37,585 nucleotides of DNA. It comes from a virus. The translations under genes were made by a program, and so were the position numbers. Positions 9,844 through 19,069 of this stretch are shown piece after piece. The notes under the pieces were generated by a model that worked only from the letters and a program-made list of their open reading frames with translations, was not told the origin of the DNA and searched no databases. The DNA is taken from the UHGV virus genome UHGV-0147806; one strand, 5' to 3'. The first letter of the stretch is position 1. Every line of letters begins with the position of its first letter.

Positions 9844-10590
9844 ATGAAAAATATTGCGACAGGCGACGTTCTTGAACGTATCCGCAGACTGGCCCCGTCA
9901 CATGTAACCGCGCCATTCAAGACGGTAGCGGAGTGGCGCGAGTGGCAACTTTCCGAAGGCCAGAAACGTTGTGAGGAGATCAACCGTCAGAATCGTCAGT
10001 TGCGGGTGGAAAAAATTCTGAATCGCTCTGGCATCCAGCCATTGCACCGCAAATGCTCGTTTTCGAATTACCAGGTGCAGAACGAAGCGCAGCGATACGC
10101 GTTGAGTCAGGCGAAATCCATCGCTGATGAACTGATGACCGGGTGTACAAATTTTGCGTTCAGCGGAAAACCTGGTACCGGGAAGAACCACTTAGCGGCA
10201 GCTATCGGGAATCGCCTGCTGAAAGACGGTCAGACAGTGATTGTGGTTACCGTGGCTGATGTTATGAGTGCCCTGCACGCCAGCTATGACGATGGGCAGT
10301 CAGGCGAAAAATTTTTGCGGGAACTATGCGAAGTGGATCTGCTGGTTCTTGATGAAATTGGCATTCAGCGCGAGACGAAAAACGAGCAGGTGGTGCTGCA
10401 CCAGATTGTTGATCGCCGGACAGCGTCGATGCGCAGCGTGGGGATGCTGACAAACCTGAACTATGAGGCCATGAAAACATTGCTCGGCGAGCGGATTATG
10501 GATCGCATGACCATGAACGGCGGGCGATGGGTGAATTTTAACTGGGAGAGCTGGCGTCCGAATGTCGTCCAGCCAGGAATTGAGAAGTAA
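9844..10590 (+). CDS. ydaV: DnaC-like helicase loader / IstB-type AAA ATPase (YdaV-like, 248 aa)
   Basis: Walker A GKPGTGKNHLAAAIG and Walker B LLVLDEIG seen in the translation. Confidence 0.85.
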   Translation: MKNIATGDVLERIRRLAPSHVTAPFKTVAEWREWQLSEGQKRCEEINRQNRQLRVEKILNRSGIQPLHRKCSFSNYQVQNEAQRYALSQAKSIADELMTGCTNFAFSGKPGTGKNHLAAAIGNRLLKDGQTVIVVTVADVMSALHASYDDGQSGEKFLRELCEVDLLVLDEIGIQRETKNEQVVLHQIVDRRTASMRSVGMLTNLNYEAMKTLLGERIMDRMTMNGGRWVNFNWESWRPNVVQPGIEK

Positions 10591-10698
10591 TTTTTACCGG
10601 GAGGAAATTTTTATGGAGACTGTTTTTGACGCACTGAAAGCAATGGGAAAGCCACATCCATAGAACTTGCTGCGCGACTTGATATCAGTCGTGAAGAA

Positions 10699-11529
10699 GT
10701 GCTGAACGAACTATGGGAACTGAAAAAAGCTGGTTTCGTTGATAAAAGCGCGTACACCTGGCGTGTGGCTGATAACAACGTTCAGCAGGAACAGCCAATG
10801 CAGGCAGAACTGCCGGAAGAAACCACCACGGCAACTGTAGTGAAAATCTCAGAGTGCGATTTAACCGCGACGATTGAACAACGCGGACCACAAACGGCGG
10901 ATGAACTGGCTACGCTGTTCGGTACAACATCCCGCAAAGTTGCTTCAACGCTGGCAATGGCAATCAGCAAAGGACGCCTGATTCGCGTAAACCAGAACGG
11001 TAAATTTCGTTACTGCATGCCGGGCGATAATTTACCAGCAGAGCCGAAAGCTGCATCGGTAGCGGAAACTGATGGTAAAGCCTTTCCTCAGCCAGCCGGT
11101 GTTGCGTTACCAGTACAGGAAGCGGCAACACAGGAAGAGCGTGAAAAAATTAAGGAGCAGGTTGTTGAGTTGGTACGCCAGAGTGGGCGCGAGACGTTAA
11201 GGCAACTGGAGGCCAAGACAGGTGCGACAAGATATCTGATGAGCATTCTTGCCAGAGAGTTGGTTGCCAGTGGCGATGTATACAACTCTGGCTATGGGTT
11301 ATTCCCGTCTGAACAGGCTCGTAAGGATTGGAAAAACGCCCGCAAAAAACTATCCAGGGCAAAGGTGAAAAAAACGGTTGTGGTTGATCCTGACCTTATC
11401 TGGTCATTACCAGACGGAGAAATACGCCGCTATGACAGGCGTCAGAACATAATCTGTCGCGAGTGCCGGAAGAGTGAAGTTATGAAACGTGTACTGGCAT
11501 TTTATCAAGGAAATCTTCGGTATTTATAG
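10699..11529 (+). CDS. YdaW-like protein, N-terminus probably disrupted (upstream fragment 10613..10663 in another frame)
   Basis: First ATG of the long frame is 10699, but the frame is open from 10630; a strong RBS (GGGAGGAAATTTTT-ATG at 10613) opens a 16-codon ORF in a different frame ending in TAG. Confidence 0.6.
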   Translation: MLNELWELKKAGFVDKSAYTWRVADNNVQQEQPMQAELPEETTTATVVKISECDLTATIEQRGPQTADELATLFGTTSRKVASTLAMAISKGRLIRVNQNGKFRYCMPGDNLPAEPKAASVAETDGKAFPQPAGVALPVQEAATQEEREKIKEQVVELVRQSGRETLRQLEAKTGATRYLMSILARELVASGDVYNSGYGLFPSEQARKDWKNARKKLSRAKVKKTVVVDPDLIWSLPDGEIRRYDRRQNIICRECRKSEVMKRVLAFYQGNLRYL

Positions 11530-11826
11530 ACGTTACTAGATCAAAGAGCATTAGTTCATATGTAAATTGACATTTTTCTGGCACAGGGGAGAGCTAGCGT
11601 GGTTGTCCGCTTTGTGCCAGGAGCGGAAGTAGCAAACCAGATTTTACTGAAGCTTGAGCAGAGATACCACCAACTGATGCCTATCAGTAATGGGGCTCTT
11701 GATGATTCAAATAAAAAAGATTAAATTGATTAAGATTATTCTTACTTGATTAATTGTTTTGCGCATGGGCTTGGAAAACCATGAATCAGATCTTCACTAG
11801 ATAAAACAACGAACTATGGAGGAAGC

Positions 11827-12918
11827 GTGGGCGGCGAAACTAAGAATATTGATGAGATTGCAGGTATCATTTCCAGTAGAATTTTTGATGAGTTAGGCTG
11901 GAAAACCCAAAATACAACGGATATAAGTTGGGACTGTTGTTTGAGATCTCATCTAAACGCTAAACAACTTTTATCTGAAAACCCAAAAAAAACTCATCCT
12001 ACGGATGTAGTCTTCAAATATAAAGATCCTTATTCAGATATAACTCAGTATATACAAACAGATTTAAAATCTTATTGTGCCAGCACGCTTGACGGTACAA
12101 AATCAATATTGAACACTGTACGAAGTTTATCACAACAGGTAGCTTGCGCGCCAAGAAGTCCTGAGTGGCGGCGTTTATTTGTTGACAGCACAAATGAGAA
12201 ATATCAAGTTAACGGCCTACTTTTTATATATAATCATGACAATAAATATGACTCTGATTTAATTGAGAAATTAAATGGAGCAGCCACAGCAAGTTATGAT
12301 TTTCCAGAGAACTCTGTGATTGCCGTTTTTGACCCAACTATGATCAGATTTTTACTAGATGTTACAGAACACATCGAGACTAGAAGAGGAATTACTGACA
12401 AAGTAACACAAGAAACAAATATGTTATGGCAAAAAATTCCTGAGATAGAGAACTGTACATATTTTTACCCTGACAAACATAATAAAATAGCAACGAAAGG
12501 GAAAATCCTTCCAGCCACAATTGAAATGATAACATCTGGGATGATTTTTTACTCATATGAACACGAATATATTAGAAATGATGGTGGCGATAGAATAAGA
12601 AATAAAATATTGAATATATTCTGGAAGGAAGAGGTTGATTCCAGTAACCACTTTATATTTCTTTTAGAGTATATATTTAACTATCAATTACTCAATCAAT
12701 TTGACAAAATATTTGTTATAACTCCGTTCTCATCACACTCAAGCATTCATTTGCAATCCGCCATTAATGATTACATAGGAATATATTCTTTCACTCAATC
12801 TCATATAGAAACGTTAAAGGAAAAAATAGTATCCATTCCTTTTGTTAATCAAAAGCTATCTATATTTGAGTACCAGGTTGCCAGCAAGCAGGTGAATAGA
12901 AAATGTCACTTTTCATAA
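11827..12918 (+). CDS. Hypothetical protein A of AT-rich three-gene accessory operon (363 aa, GTG start)
   Basis: GTG at 11827 preceded by GGAGGA; AT-rich codon usage; no motif I can recognise with certainty. Confidence 0.7.
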   Translation: MGGETKNIDEIAGIISSRIFDELGWKTQNTTDISWDCCLRSHLNAKQLLSENPKKTHPTDVVFKYKDPYSDITQYIQTDLKSYCASTLDGTKSILNTVRSLSQQVACAPRSPEWRRLFVDSTNEKYQVNGLLFIYNHDNKYDSDLIEKLNGAATASYDFPENSVIAVFDPTMIRFLLDVTEHIETRRGITDKVTQETNMLWQKIPEIENCTYFYPDKHNKIATKGKILPATIEMITSGMIFYSYEHEYIRNDGGDRIRNKILNIFWKEEVDSSNHFIFLLEYIFNYQLLNQFDKIFVITPFSSHSSIHLQSAINDYIGIYSFTQSHIETLKEKIVSIPFVNQKLSIFEYQVASKQVNRKCHFS

Positions 12919-12928
12919 GGAGTATGAC

Positions 12929-14176
12929 ATGAATAAATATCAAGCTACGTTGTTTTCAAACGAAAGTGACATTTATACCGCCCTCCACTCTAACAGTGCA
13001 AAAATCACAGATGTTACATTAAGGAAAATCGCCTTCAATAGAGGGATAATTTTCCCATCTAACTTATCAAAAGAGGTATTGATAGAAAAATTATCAGACC
13101 TGCCATTTTCATATAATCACATCAGAGAAGTACAAGATAAACTGGCAACCAAACCCAGCCAAGACGTCTTCTCAGTAAAACGTATATATGAAGAATTTGA
13201 TATAGAGAAACTCTATGACGTTGTAAACAAAGTGAAAGAAAATAGACCCAAGTTGCTAGGGCATGAGAAAATTGATCATTACTCAGGCTTGCAAACCTAT
13301 CATATATCTATTGATTATACTGAGTTTGATTTTAGAAGGGGTAAGTTTCAGCAGAAAAAATTGTACAGTGGGAGTATAGTTTTTATAGTAAAAAAAGGAT
13401 ATGTTTCAGTAAGATATAACTATACGCCACGCATTTCAGAAATTCTCAAGCAAATAATTGATACATATTCATCAACAGTTTGTAACAACATAGTTGTCAA
13501 CGAAATAGATTTATCAAGTATCGTCGATACAGATCTTAGGAATATTTTTGCTGTTCATCTTTATGATTTTGATGGAAATTATAAAAAAACAGGACTTGAA
13601 TATGCTGGTCTTGAAAAGGTTAGAGTAAGCAGAATAAAAACATCTCTGGATATTAATGGAGATAATCTCGAAGGAAATAATAACGAAGAAACACAAGAGT
13701 TATTAAACAAGATTTCACCTTCTACAGATAACGAAAATGATGATGACATTAATAATCAGGAAATGGCATCTGACGATGATGAAAACCTAACTTTTAACAT
13801 TAACAATGCCGCGTATGATGGCCTATCATTAGTGAACGCACCTCAAATTAAGGAACTGTGCAGTGATGGGTTTTATCGAAGCTTAATTCGATGGAAGTCA
13901 TTTTCCTCAGTAGTTAAGAATCATACTATAACTTTTGAACTTAGTTTCGATGATAAATATCTTGGGAAAAATATAAAATTCAGAGCGTTATACAAAGAAA
14001 GCAACTCTGCATCCGCAGAGAGAGAAAAACTCAGTGACGCAGACTTTGATCAAGTCATGAAACAATTAGAAGATAAAATATTTTTGATTAATGACTTTAT
14101 TATCGAAGAGCATACCAAGCGATACCCAGTAACGAAAGCTATGTCTTGCGAGACTTTGAATCAGGAGGCTGGATGA
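12929..14176 (+). CDS. Hypothetical protein B of accessory operon (415 aa, acidic low-complexity linker)
   Basis: ATG after AAGGAG, 10 nt downstream of gene A; DNENDDDINNQEMASDDDEN linker. Confidence 0.7.
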   Translation: MNKYQATLFSNESDIYTALHSNSAKITDVTLRKIAFNRGIIFPSNLSKEVLIEKLSDLPFSYNHIREVQDKLATKPSQDVFSVKRIYEEFDIEKLYDVVNKVKENRPKLLGHEKIDHYSGLQTYHISIDYTEFDFRRGKFQQKKLYSGSIVFIVKKGYVSVRYNYTPRISEILKQIIDTYSSTVCNNIVVNEIDLSSIVDTDLRNIFAVHLYDFDGNYKKTGLEYAGLEKVRVSRIKTSLDINGDNLEGNNNEETQELLNKISPSTDNENDDDINNQEMASDDDENLTFNINNAAYDGLSLVNAPQIKELCSDGFYRSLIRWKSFSSVVKNHTITFELSFDDKYLGKNIKFRALYKESNSASAEREKLSDADFDQVMKQLEDKIFLINDFIIEEHTKRYPVTKAMSCETLNQEAG

Positions 14177-14829
14177 TGATAAAGGTAAAAATTTATAAAG
14201 CAGAAAAGGATATAACTAAAAGTGAGTTATTACATAAAGTAAATGACAACCTCTATGATGAAGATAAAGGATATGGTTTTCAAATCATTAATAACTCTGA
14301 AGTGCTTAAACTAAGATTTACCATGAGAAGCATTAGCAAGCAAAGCTTAGAATATGCTAATGGCGAGCGTTCAGAGGTTGAAATAGCAACTTACTTAAAT
14401 GTGGACTTTGGCGTCAGACAAGGGAAAAAAATCATACTATATGCCACTAATCCTCCATTAAGTATGAAAGTGCCTTATACTATGGTGCAAAAACTATTTG
14501 GTGAAGATAGTGGCTTGAGACCAGTAGAATTTGATCTGAGAAAAATTGTAAATGGTCTTTCTGAGGGCTTTGACATCAAGATAAAATCCATGTCTCTATC
14601 TAATATCTCTGTTGATCCTTTTACTTTAGCAAAGACAAAAATAGTAAGCTCAAAGAATCTCCAAGAAATTTATCAGAATAAATACATGAATAGTTCGGCC
14701 GTTTTTGATTCCGTACATTTCTTCGTTAACGGAATTGAAACGGAATTATCTAGGACGGGTAGATTCCGTGTGAGAGAGAGTCAGCTTCCAACACTTTTAT
14801 CCATCTTAGAAACTCTCAGAATTTTGTGA
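14173..14829 (+). CDS. Hypothetical protein C of accessory operon (about 218 aa)
   Basis: ATGATG start overlapping the gene B stop (ATGA), preceded by AGGAGG; strong intrinsic terminator follows. Confidence 0.65.
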   Translation: MMIKVKIYKAEKDITKSELLHKVNDNLYDEDKGYGFQIINNSEVLKLRFTMRSISKQSLEYANGERSEVEIATYLNVDFGVRQGKKIILYATNPPLSMKVPYTMVQKLFGEDSGLRPVEFDLRKIVNGLSEGFDIKIKSMSLSNISVDPFTLAKTKIVSSKNLQEIYQNKYMNSSAVFDSVHFFVNGIETELSRTGRFRVRESQLPTLLSILETLRIL

Positions 14830-14856
14830 AATATATAAGGAACTCAGGCCTACTTC

Positions 14857-14884
14857 GTCAGTAGGCCCCTTTTCCGGTTTGTAC
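14857..14884 (+). terminator. Rho-independent terminator of the three-gene operon
   Basis: GGCCTACT-tcgtc-AGTAGGCC stem-loop followed by CCTTTT. Confidence 0.75.
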
Positions 14885-15375
14885 TTATCTAGTCATCGAT
14901 TTGATCGTAATGATTCACACAGGATGCTGTTAGCAATGTCCGCTCTTCGCTCAAAGCGGACTAAAATGTTGGCTTGTTTCTGACTTAGAGCATTTAAGGA
15001 AGTGCTGGTGGTGACTGGTTGTTGTGTTCCATTTCTACAGAATAAAATCACAGAAACTATACCCAATAGTTGTATTGAATCACTGACGAGACAGCCTCAT
15101 ATTTATCAGGACTGGTGTGCGTCTAATACAGGGGGTTGTCGTGCTGGTTCTCAAATGTGCGCTGGCTATTGCGGCTGTAATGGCAATTTATTGTCTTGCT
15201 GTTGTTCTTATGGAGCGGCTTTCTGATTGATTACATACTGGCTAGAAAAAAGGTGTTACCTTGGTTTATCTTTGTCCGGCAAGGTGCGCTCATTAATCTT
15301 AAGTAAATTTATTGCTCAAGTATTCAGATTACTTCTTATGGTTGAAGTCTCCTGTCAATGTAGAACCAATATATT

Positions 15376-15415
15376 TACAAAAATGAGACCCGTCGGGGAT
15401 AGCCCTGCCGGGTCT
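15376..15415 (-). terminator. Rho-independent terminator of the DUF1971 gene (minus strand)
   Basis: AGACCCG ... CGGGTCT stem with an inner GGG/CCC pairing, followed on the minus strand by CATTTTTG. Confidence 0.6.
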
Positions 15416-15444
15416 GACTGTTAAAGCATTTTTAATATGATCAT

Positions 15445-15783
15445 CTATTTTTTGGTGCTATAGACTTTTTCGCCCGAAAAGTCTGGAGCGACCCAAAAGT
15501 TAATATTAAACTGAGCATCATCGCTTAGTTCAACACGGTGCCAGTATTGTGGTGGGCTTGTTGCAAAAGCGCCAGCATTAATGACTACTTTTATCTCCGG
15601 TTCAGTAGCATTCTCATCAGTAAAACCATAATATGTTACAGTGCCTTCCATTACGCACAACTGCCCAAAAACACCTGCTGCTGTATTATGATGTGTTAAT
15701 AACGCTGAAGGTACGTTCTCTTTTGTGAAGAACGGAGTTGAGCGTTTGATTACCCAATCTTTAGGAATTCTCTTGTGTGTCAT
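15445..15783 (-). CDS. DUF1971-family (YeaR-like cupin) protein, 112 aa
   Basis: ATG at 15783 preceded by GGAGGAGGTGG; the translation resembles E. coli YeaR as I recall it. Confidence 0.7.
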   Translation of the reverse strand: MTHKRIPKDWVIKRSTPFFTKENVPSALLTHHNTAAGVFGQLCVMEGTVTYYGFTDENATEPEIKVVINAGAFATSPPQYWHRVELSDDAQFNINFWVAPDFSGEKVYSTKK

Positions 15784-16596
15784 AACCACCTCCTCCAAAA
15801 CATGCATTAAAAATGCATCTTTTGGAGGGTTATGTCAAGCTGTTATGAAACACATAATTGATATGTTGATTAGAGGAGAAGATAGAATAAATATGGTTGT
15901 TTTTCGTATAACTATTTGTTTTACTTTTAGTTTATGCATTCTGTGTGTTAGGAATAAGTTATTAAAGTTTAATCAAAAAATCTCGATGTAGTCCACATAG
16001 ATTACTGTTACTGAACCTTATTGTGTGTATTAGTTGTGTTCTGAAATTTCAGCTTAATTATTTATGATGTATTTTTTAACGATAAATATTTTCCCAGGAT
16101 ACCTTTACTGTGTATATAAATAAATTATATACGCATAAATAATGTAAAGGCGTCCTTTTAGATATATCTTATCAAATGTTAATGACTTGAGTGGGAAATA
16201 TGATTCCAGCAACTTATCATGTGGCTACTTTATAAAAATAATGCCCATATAAAACAACAAGCGAAAAGGATTACGGATAAAAAAGGAGCGAGATGTGCGA
16301 ACTTGTTATTTTCCATGTTTAACCACCTTAAATAATTGATGATGACGGGATGATTGCATCTGTAATGCTTTTATTGAAATGTTATGATAAAAAAGAACTT
16401 TTGCATAACATTAAAATGTAATTTATCTAATCGTTTTTAATAATAAGTGTCGTATTTCTATCCTTGTACCAGCTATTTGATATGTAGTGTTTGTTCATGC
16501 TATGTGGGGCTTTACACCATAGCCAGTTTATTTATACTTTATTCGTCAGCCTGAACAACTGGCATCTGCTGCGCTGCGCCATCGAGAGATTGAGAA

Positions 16597-17196
16597 ATGG
16601 CGCATATACAACTGGTCAAACAAACCTCTTCTGGTTTACTTCTCCCGGCGACGCCGGAGAGTTGCGATTTTCTGCATCAAATCAAAATAGGTGAGTGGAT
16701 ACACGCAGACTTTAAGCGTGTGCGTAACTACGCATTCCACAAGCGTTTTTTCAAACTCCTGCAACTGGGATTCGATTACTGGACTCCGGTCGGTGGGGCG
16801 ATCACGCCTCGCGAACGAGAACTGCTGTCTGGTTTCGTTGATTACCTGTGCGAATCAGTTGGTCGGGAACACACGCCAGCCCTGAGTGATGCCGCAGAGC
16901 AATACCTTAACACCGTTGCGACTCGTAGAACCCGGGATACGGCGTTGCTAAAGTCGTTTGAGGCTTTCCGCGAGTGGGTAACCATTCAGGCCGGATTTTA
17001 CACCGAGCATATTTATCCGGACGGTAGCCGTGGGCGTCGGGCAAAATCCATCGCTTTTGCGAATATGGACGAAGTCGAGTTTCAGCAGGTTTATAAATCT
17101 GTACTGAATGTGCTGTGGAACTGGATTCTGTTCCGTAAATTCTCCTCTCAGGAGGAAGTTGAAAATGTGGCCGCACAACTACTGGAGTTTGCGTAA
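16597..17196 (+). CDS. Phage nin-region protein of unknown function (199 aa)
   Basis: ORF immediately upstream of ybcO-like and Q-like genes; stop/start overlap with the next gene. Confidence 0.6.
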   Translation: MAHIQLVKQTSSGLLLPATPESCDFLHQIKIGEWIHADFKRVRNYAFHKRFFKLLQLGFDYWTPVGGAITPRERELLSGFVDYLCESVGREHTPALSDAAEQYLNTVATRRTRDTALLKSFEAFREWVTIQAGFYTEHIYPDGSRGRRAKSIAFANMDEVEFQQVYKSVLNVLWNWILFRKFSSQEEVENVAAQLLEFA

Positions 17197-17486
17197 TGGT
17201 GAATTTACGTAAAGCGGCTAAAGGCCAGATGTGCCAGATCAGAATCCCTGGCTACTGCAATCACAATCCCGAAACCTCTGTGCTGGCGCATTACAGGCTG
17301 GCGGGGACGTGCGGAACAGCGACAAAACCACATGATATGCAGGCGGCGATAGCCTGTAGCTCATGCCACGATCTAATCGACGGGCGGGTAAAAACCAGCG
17401 ATTACACCAAAGAAGAATTGCGCCTGATGCATGCTGAAGGGGTTTTTCGCACACAAGAAATCTGGAGAAAGAAAGGTCATTTATGA
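17196..17486 (+). CDS. YbcO-like nin-region protein (DUF1364-type, Cys/His-rich, 96 aa)
   Basis: 96-aa product with CQIRIPGYC ... CSSCHD pattern; position between a nin ORF and Q. Confidence 0.6.
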   Translation: MVNLRKAAKGQMCQIRIPGYCNHNPETSVLAHYRLAGTCGTATKPHDMQAAIACSSCHDLIDGRVKTSDYTKEELRLMHAEGVFRTQEIWRKKGHL

Positions 17487-18025
17487 TTTACCCAACGAAT
17501 ACAGGAAAAAGCGGAGAACACCTTCGCCTCACCACGCTGGAAAGTGTCTGGATTCAGGGAAAACTACGTATGTGGGGGCGCTGGTCGTATATTGGCGGTG
17601 GCAGGTCAGGGAATATGTTCAATCAGTTGTTGGCATCCAAAAAACTGACGAAAACAGCCATTAATGAAGCCCTGCGCAGAATGAAAAAAGCGGGAATAGA
17701 GAAAGCTGAGCTGGAAGCGTTTTTGCGAGAGATGATCAACGGCAAGCAAAAGAGCTGGCTGGCGCATTGTACTGATGCAGAGGCGTTATGTATTGATCGA
17801 GTCATAAGTGAGGTGCTGGCAGAGCATCCAGGATTGATTTGCATTCTCCGGCAACGCTATGAAGGGCGGGGGATGACTAAGCGCAAAATGGCTGAATTGC
17901 TAAATGATGCACACCCAGAGTGGTGTTTTAGCACATGCGAAAAACGGATTGCTAATTGGTTAGCTGTTGCTGAGTATGCCCTATATATTCCCATGCGTGA
18001 ATCATTTGCTGAGAAAATGGCTTGA
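17483..18025 (+). CDS. Late-gene antiterminator Q-like protein (180 aa)
   Basis: ATGA overlap with the upstream gene; followed about 80 nt later by a strong intrinsic terminator and then the lysis cassette. Confidence 0.55.
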   Translation: MIYPTNTGKSGEHLRLTTLESVWIQGKLRMWGRWSYIGGGRSGNMFNQLLASKKLTKTAINEALRRMKKAGIEKAELEAFLREMINGKQKSWLAHCTDAEALCIDRVISEVLAEHPGLICILRQRYEGRGMTKRKMAELLNDAHPEWCFSTCEKRIANWLAVAEYALYIPMRESFAEKMA

Positions 18026-18104
18026 TTTCTTACGTATAAACTGCTTCAATTTTGCTATGCTTCGCAAAGCTGTATCGCGAGGCGGATTGCAGACATGGAC
18101 ATCG

Positions 18105-18132
18105 TAAAAAAACCGCTTAATGCGGTTTTTTT
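18105..18132 (+). terminator. tR'-like intrinsic terminator downstream of Q
   Basis: A7-AACCGC-ttaat-GCGGTT-T7; symmetric A/T tracts. Confidence 0.8.
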
Positions 18133-18452
18133 ACGTCAGGAAAGCAGGGGAGAATGCTGCTAGTTGGGCAACTGGTCTTTCTGCTCCAAATTATAACAGA
18201 GACCAGTTATAGTTTCGGTGCTGTGTTTTTTTTACAATATTGTGATAACACATTGCTGGCGGGAGTTTTGATATTTCTTGGCAGGGGCTGATGATGCGTT
18301 ATCCTGATGTCGTCAACTCATATAAAATGAGATGAGAGATCATTGCAGGGTGGTTTGTAATTCGCTGTTTAGCGGGACAATATGTTGTCTGATACAAGAC
18401 ACCCGACGCCTCAGATTACTATAATAAAGACGAAGCATCCTTTGTATTGACC

Positions 18453-18478
18453 AACCGCCTGTTTAGGCGGTTCTTTTT
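18453..18478 (+). terminator. Second intrinsic terminator in the Q-to-lysis spacer
   Basis: AACCGCC-tgttta-GGCGGTT followed by CTTTTT. Confidence 0.6.
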
Positions 18479-19069
18479 GGGCTGGTTTATTGTATGCCAA
18501 ATGATTATTAAAAAGGTTGTGTTAATAACAAAATCCGAAATAATATGCCTGCATATTTTTATCTTGCTTATATTCTGCATATTGTGCATAGCAGGCTCAT
18601 CCCTGCAATCAAAACTGTATGATGAGTATTTTTTGTTTTCCTTTTTTCCAGTCATCTGATGATGACCTGCTTCTTTTTAATCCGGATCGACATCAGTTTT
18701 TTAAGATAATTCCTGCGAGTTATATGCATAAATGCCACAAACTCCGCATTTTATGTGGTTGGGAGTTGCCGGGCGCGCAGTGAGTTTGCTAAGAAAACTC
18801 CTGCATGGTGAATCCCCCTGTGCGGTGGGGTGATACCATTAACCTTTTCTGTCGCCGACAGGTATCACGAACATTTTGTTCACCGGGAGGCACCCGGCAC
18901 CATGCACTTCAATAGATTCTCTCCACATTATGGATATTCTTTCAGAATATCCCACGCAGACTTTGTGTAAATGTTAACAAATGTGCGTTTTATTTGATCT
19001 GATTCGCTGTTTGAGCGTCCAAAACAACGGTATATATAATCCTTTACTATATGACATATGTGAGGAAAA

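Noticed and set aside
9408-9983. 191-aa minus-strand ORF antisense to ydaU and ydaV
   Set aside because: It is antisense to two well-supported replication genes, is Ser/Cys/Arg-rich and lacks an RBS.
11567-11572. Consensus TTGACA -35 hexamer
   Set aside because: There is no acceptable -10 element at 16-18 bp spacing, so it is probably fortuitous.
18419-18659. Overlapping 78-aa and 70-aa ORFs on opposite strands in the AT-rich spacer
   Set aside because: Both are low-complexity products of AT-rich sequence with no RBS, and they overlap a terminator hairpin.
18133-19069. tRNA genes in the Q-to-lysis spacer, as found in Stx phages
   Set aside because: I found no GTTCGA or GTTCAA T-arm motif and no cloverleaf-compatible segment by eye; a covariance-model scan is needed for certainty.
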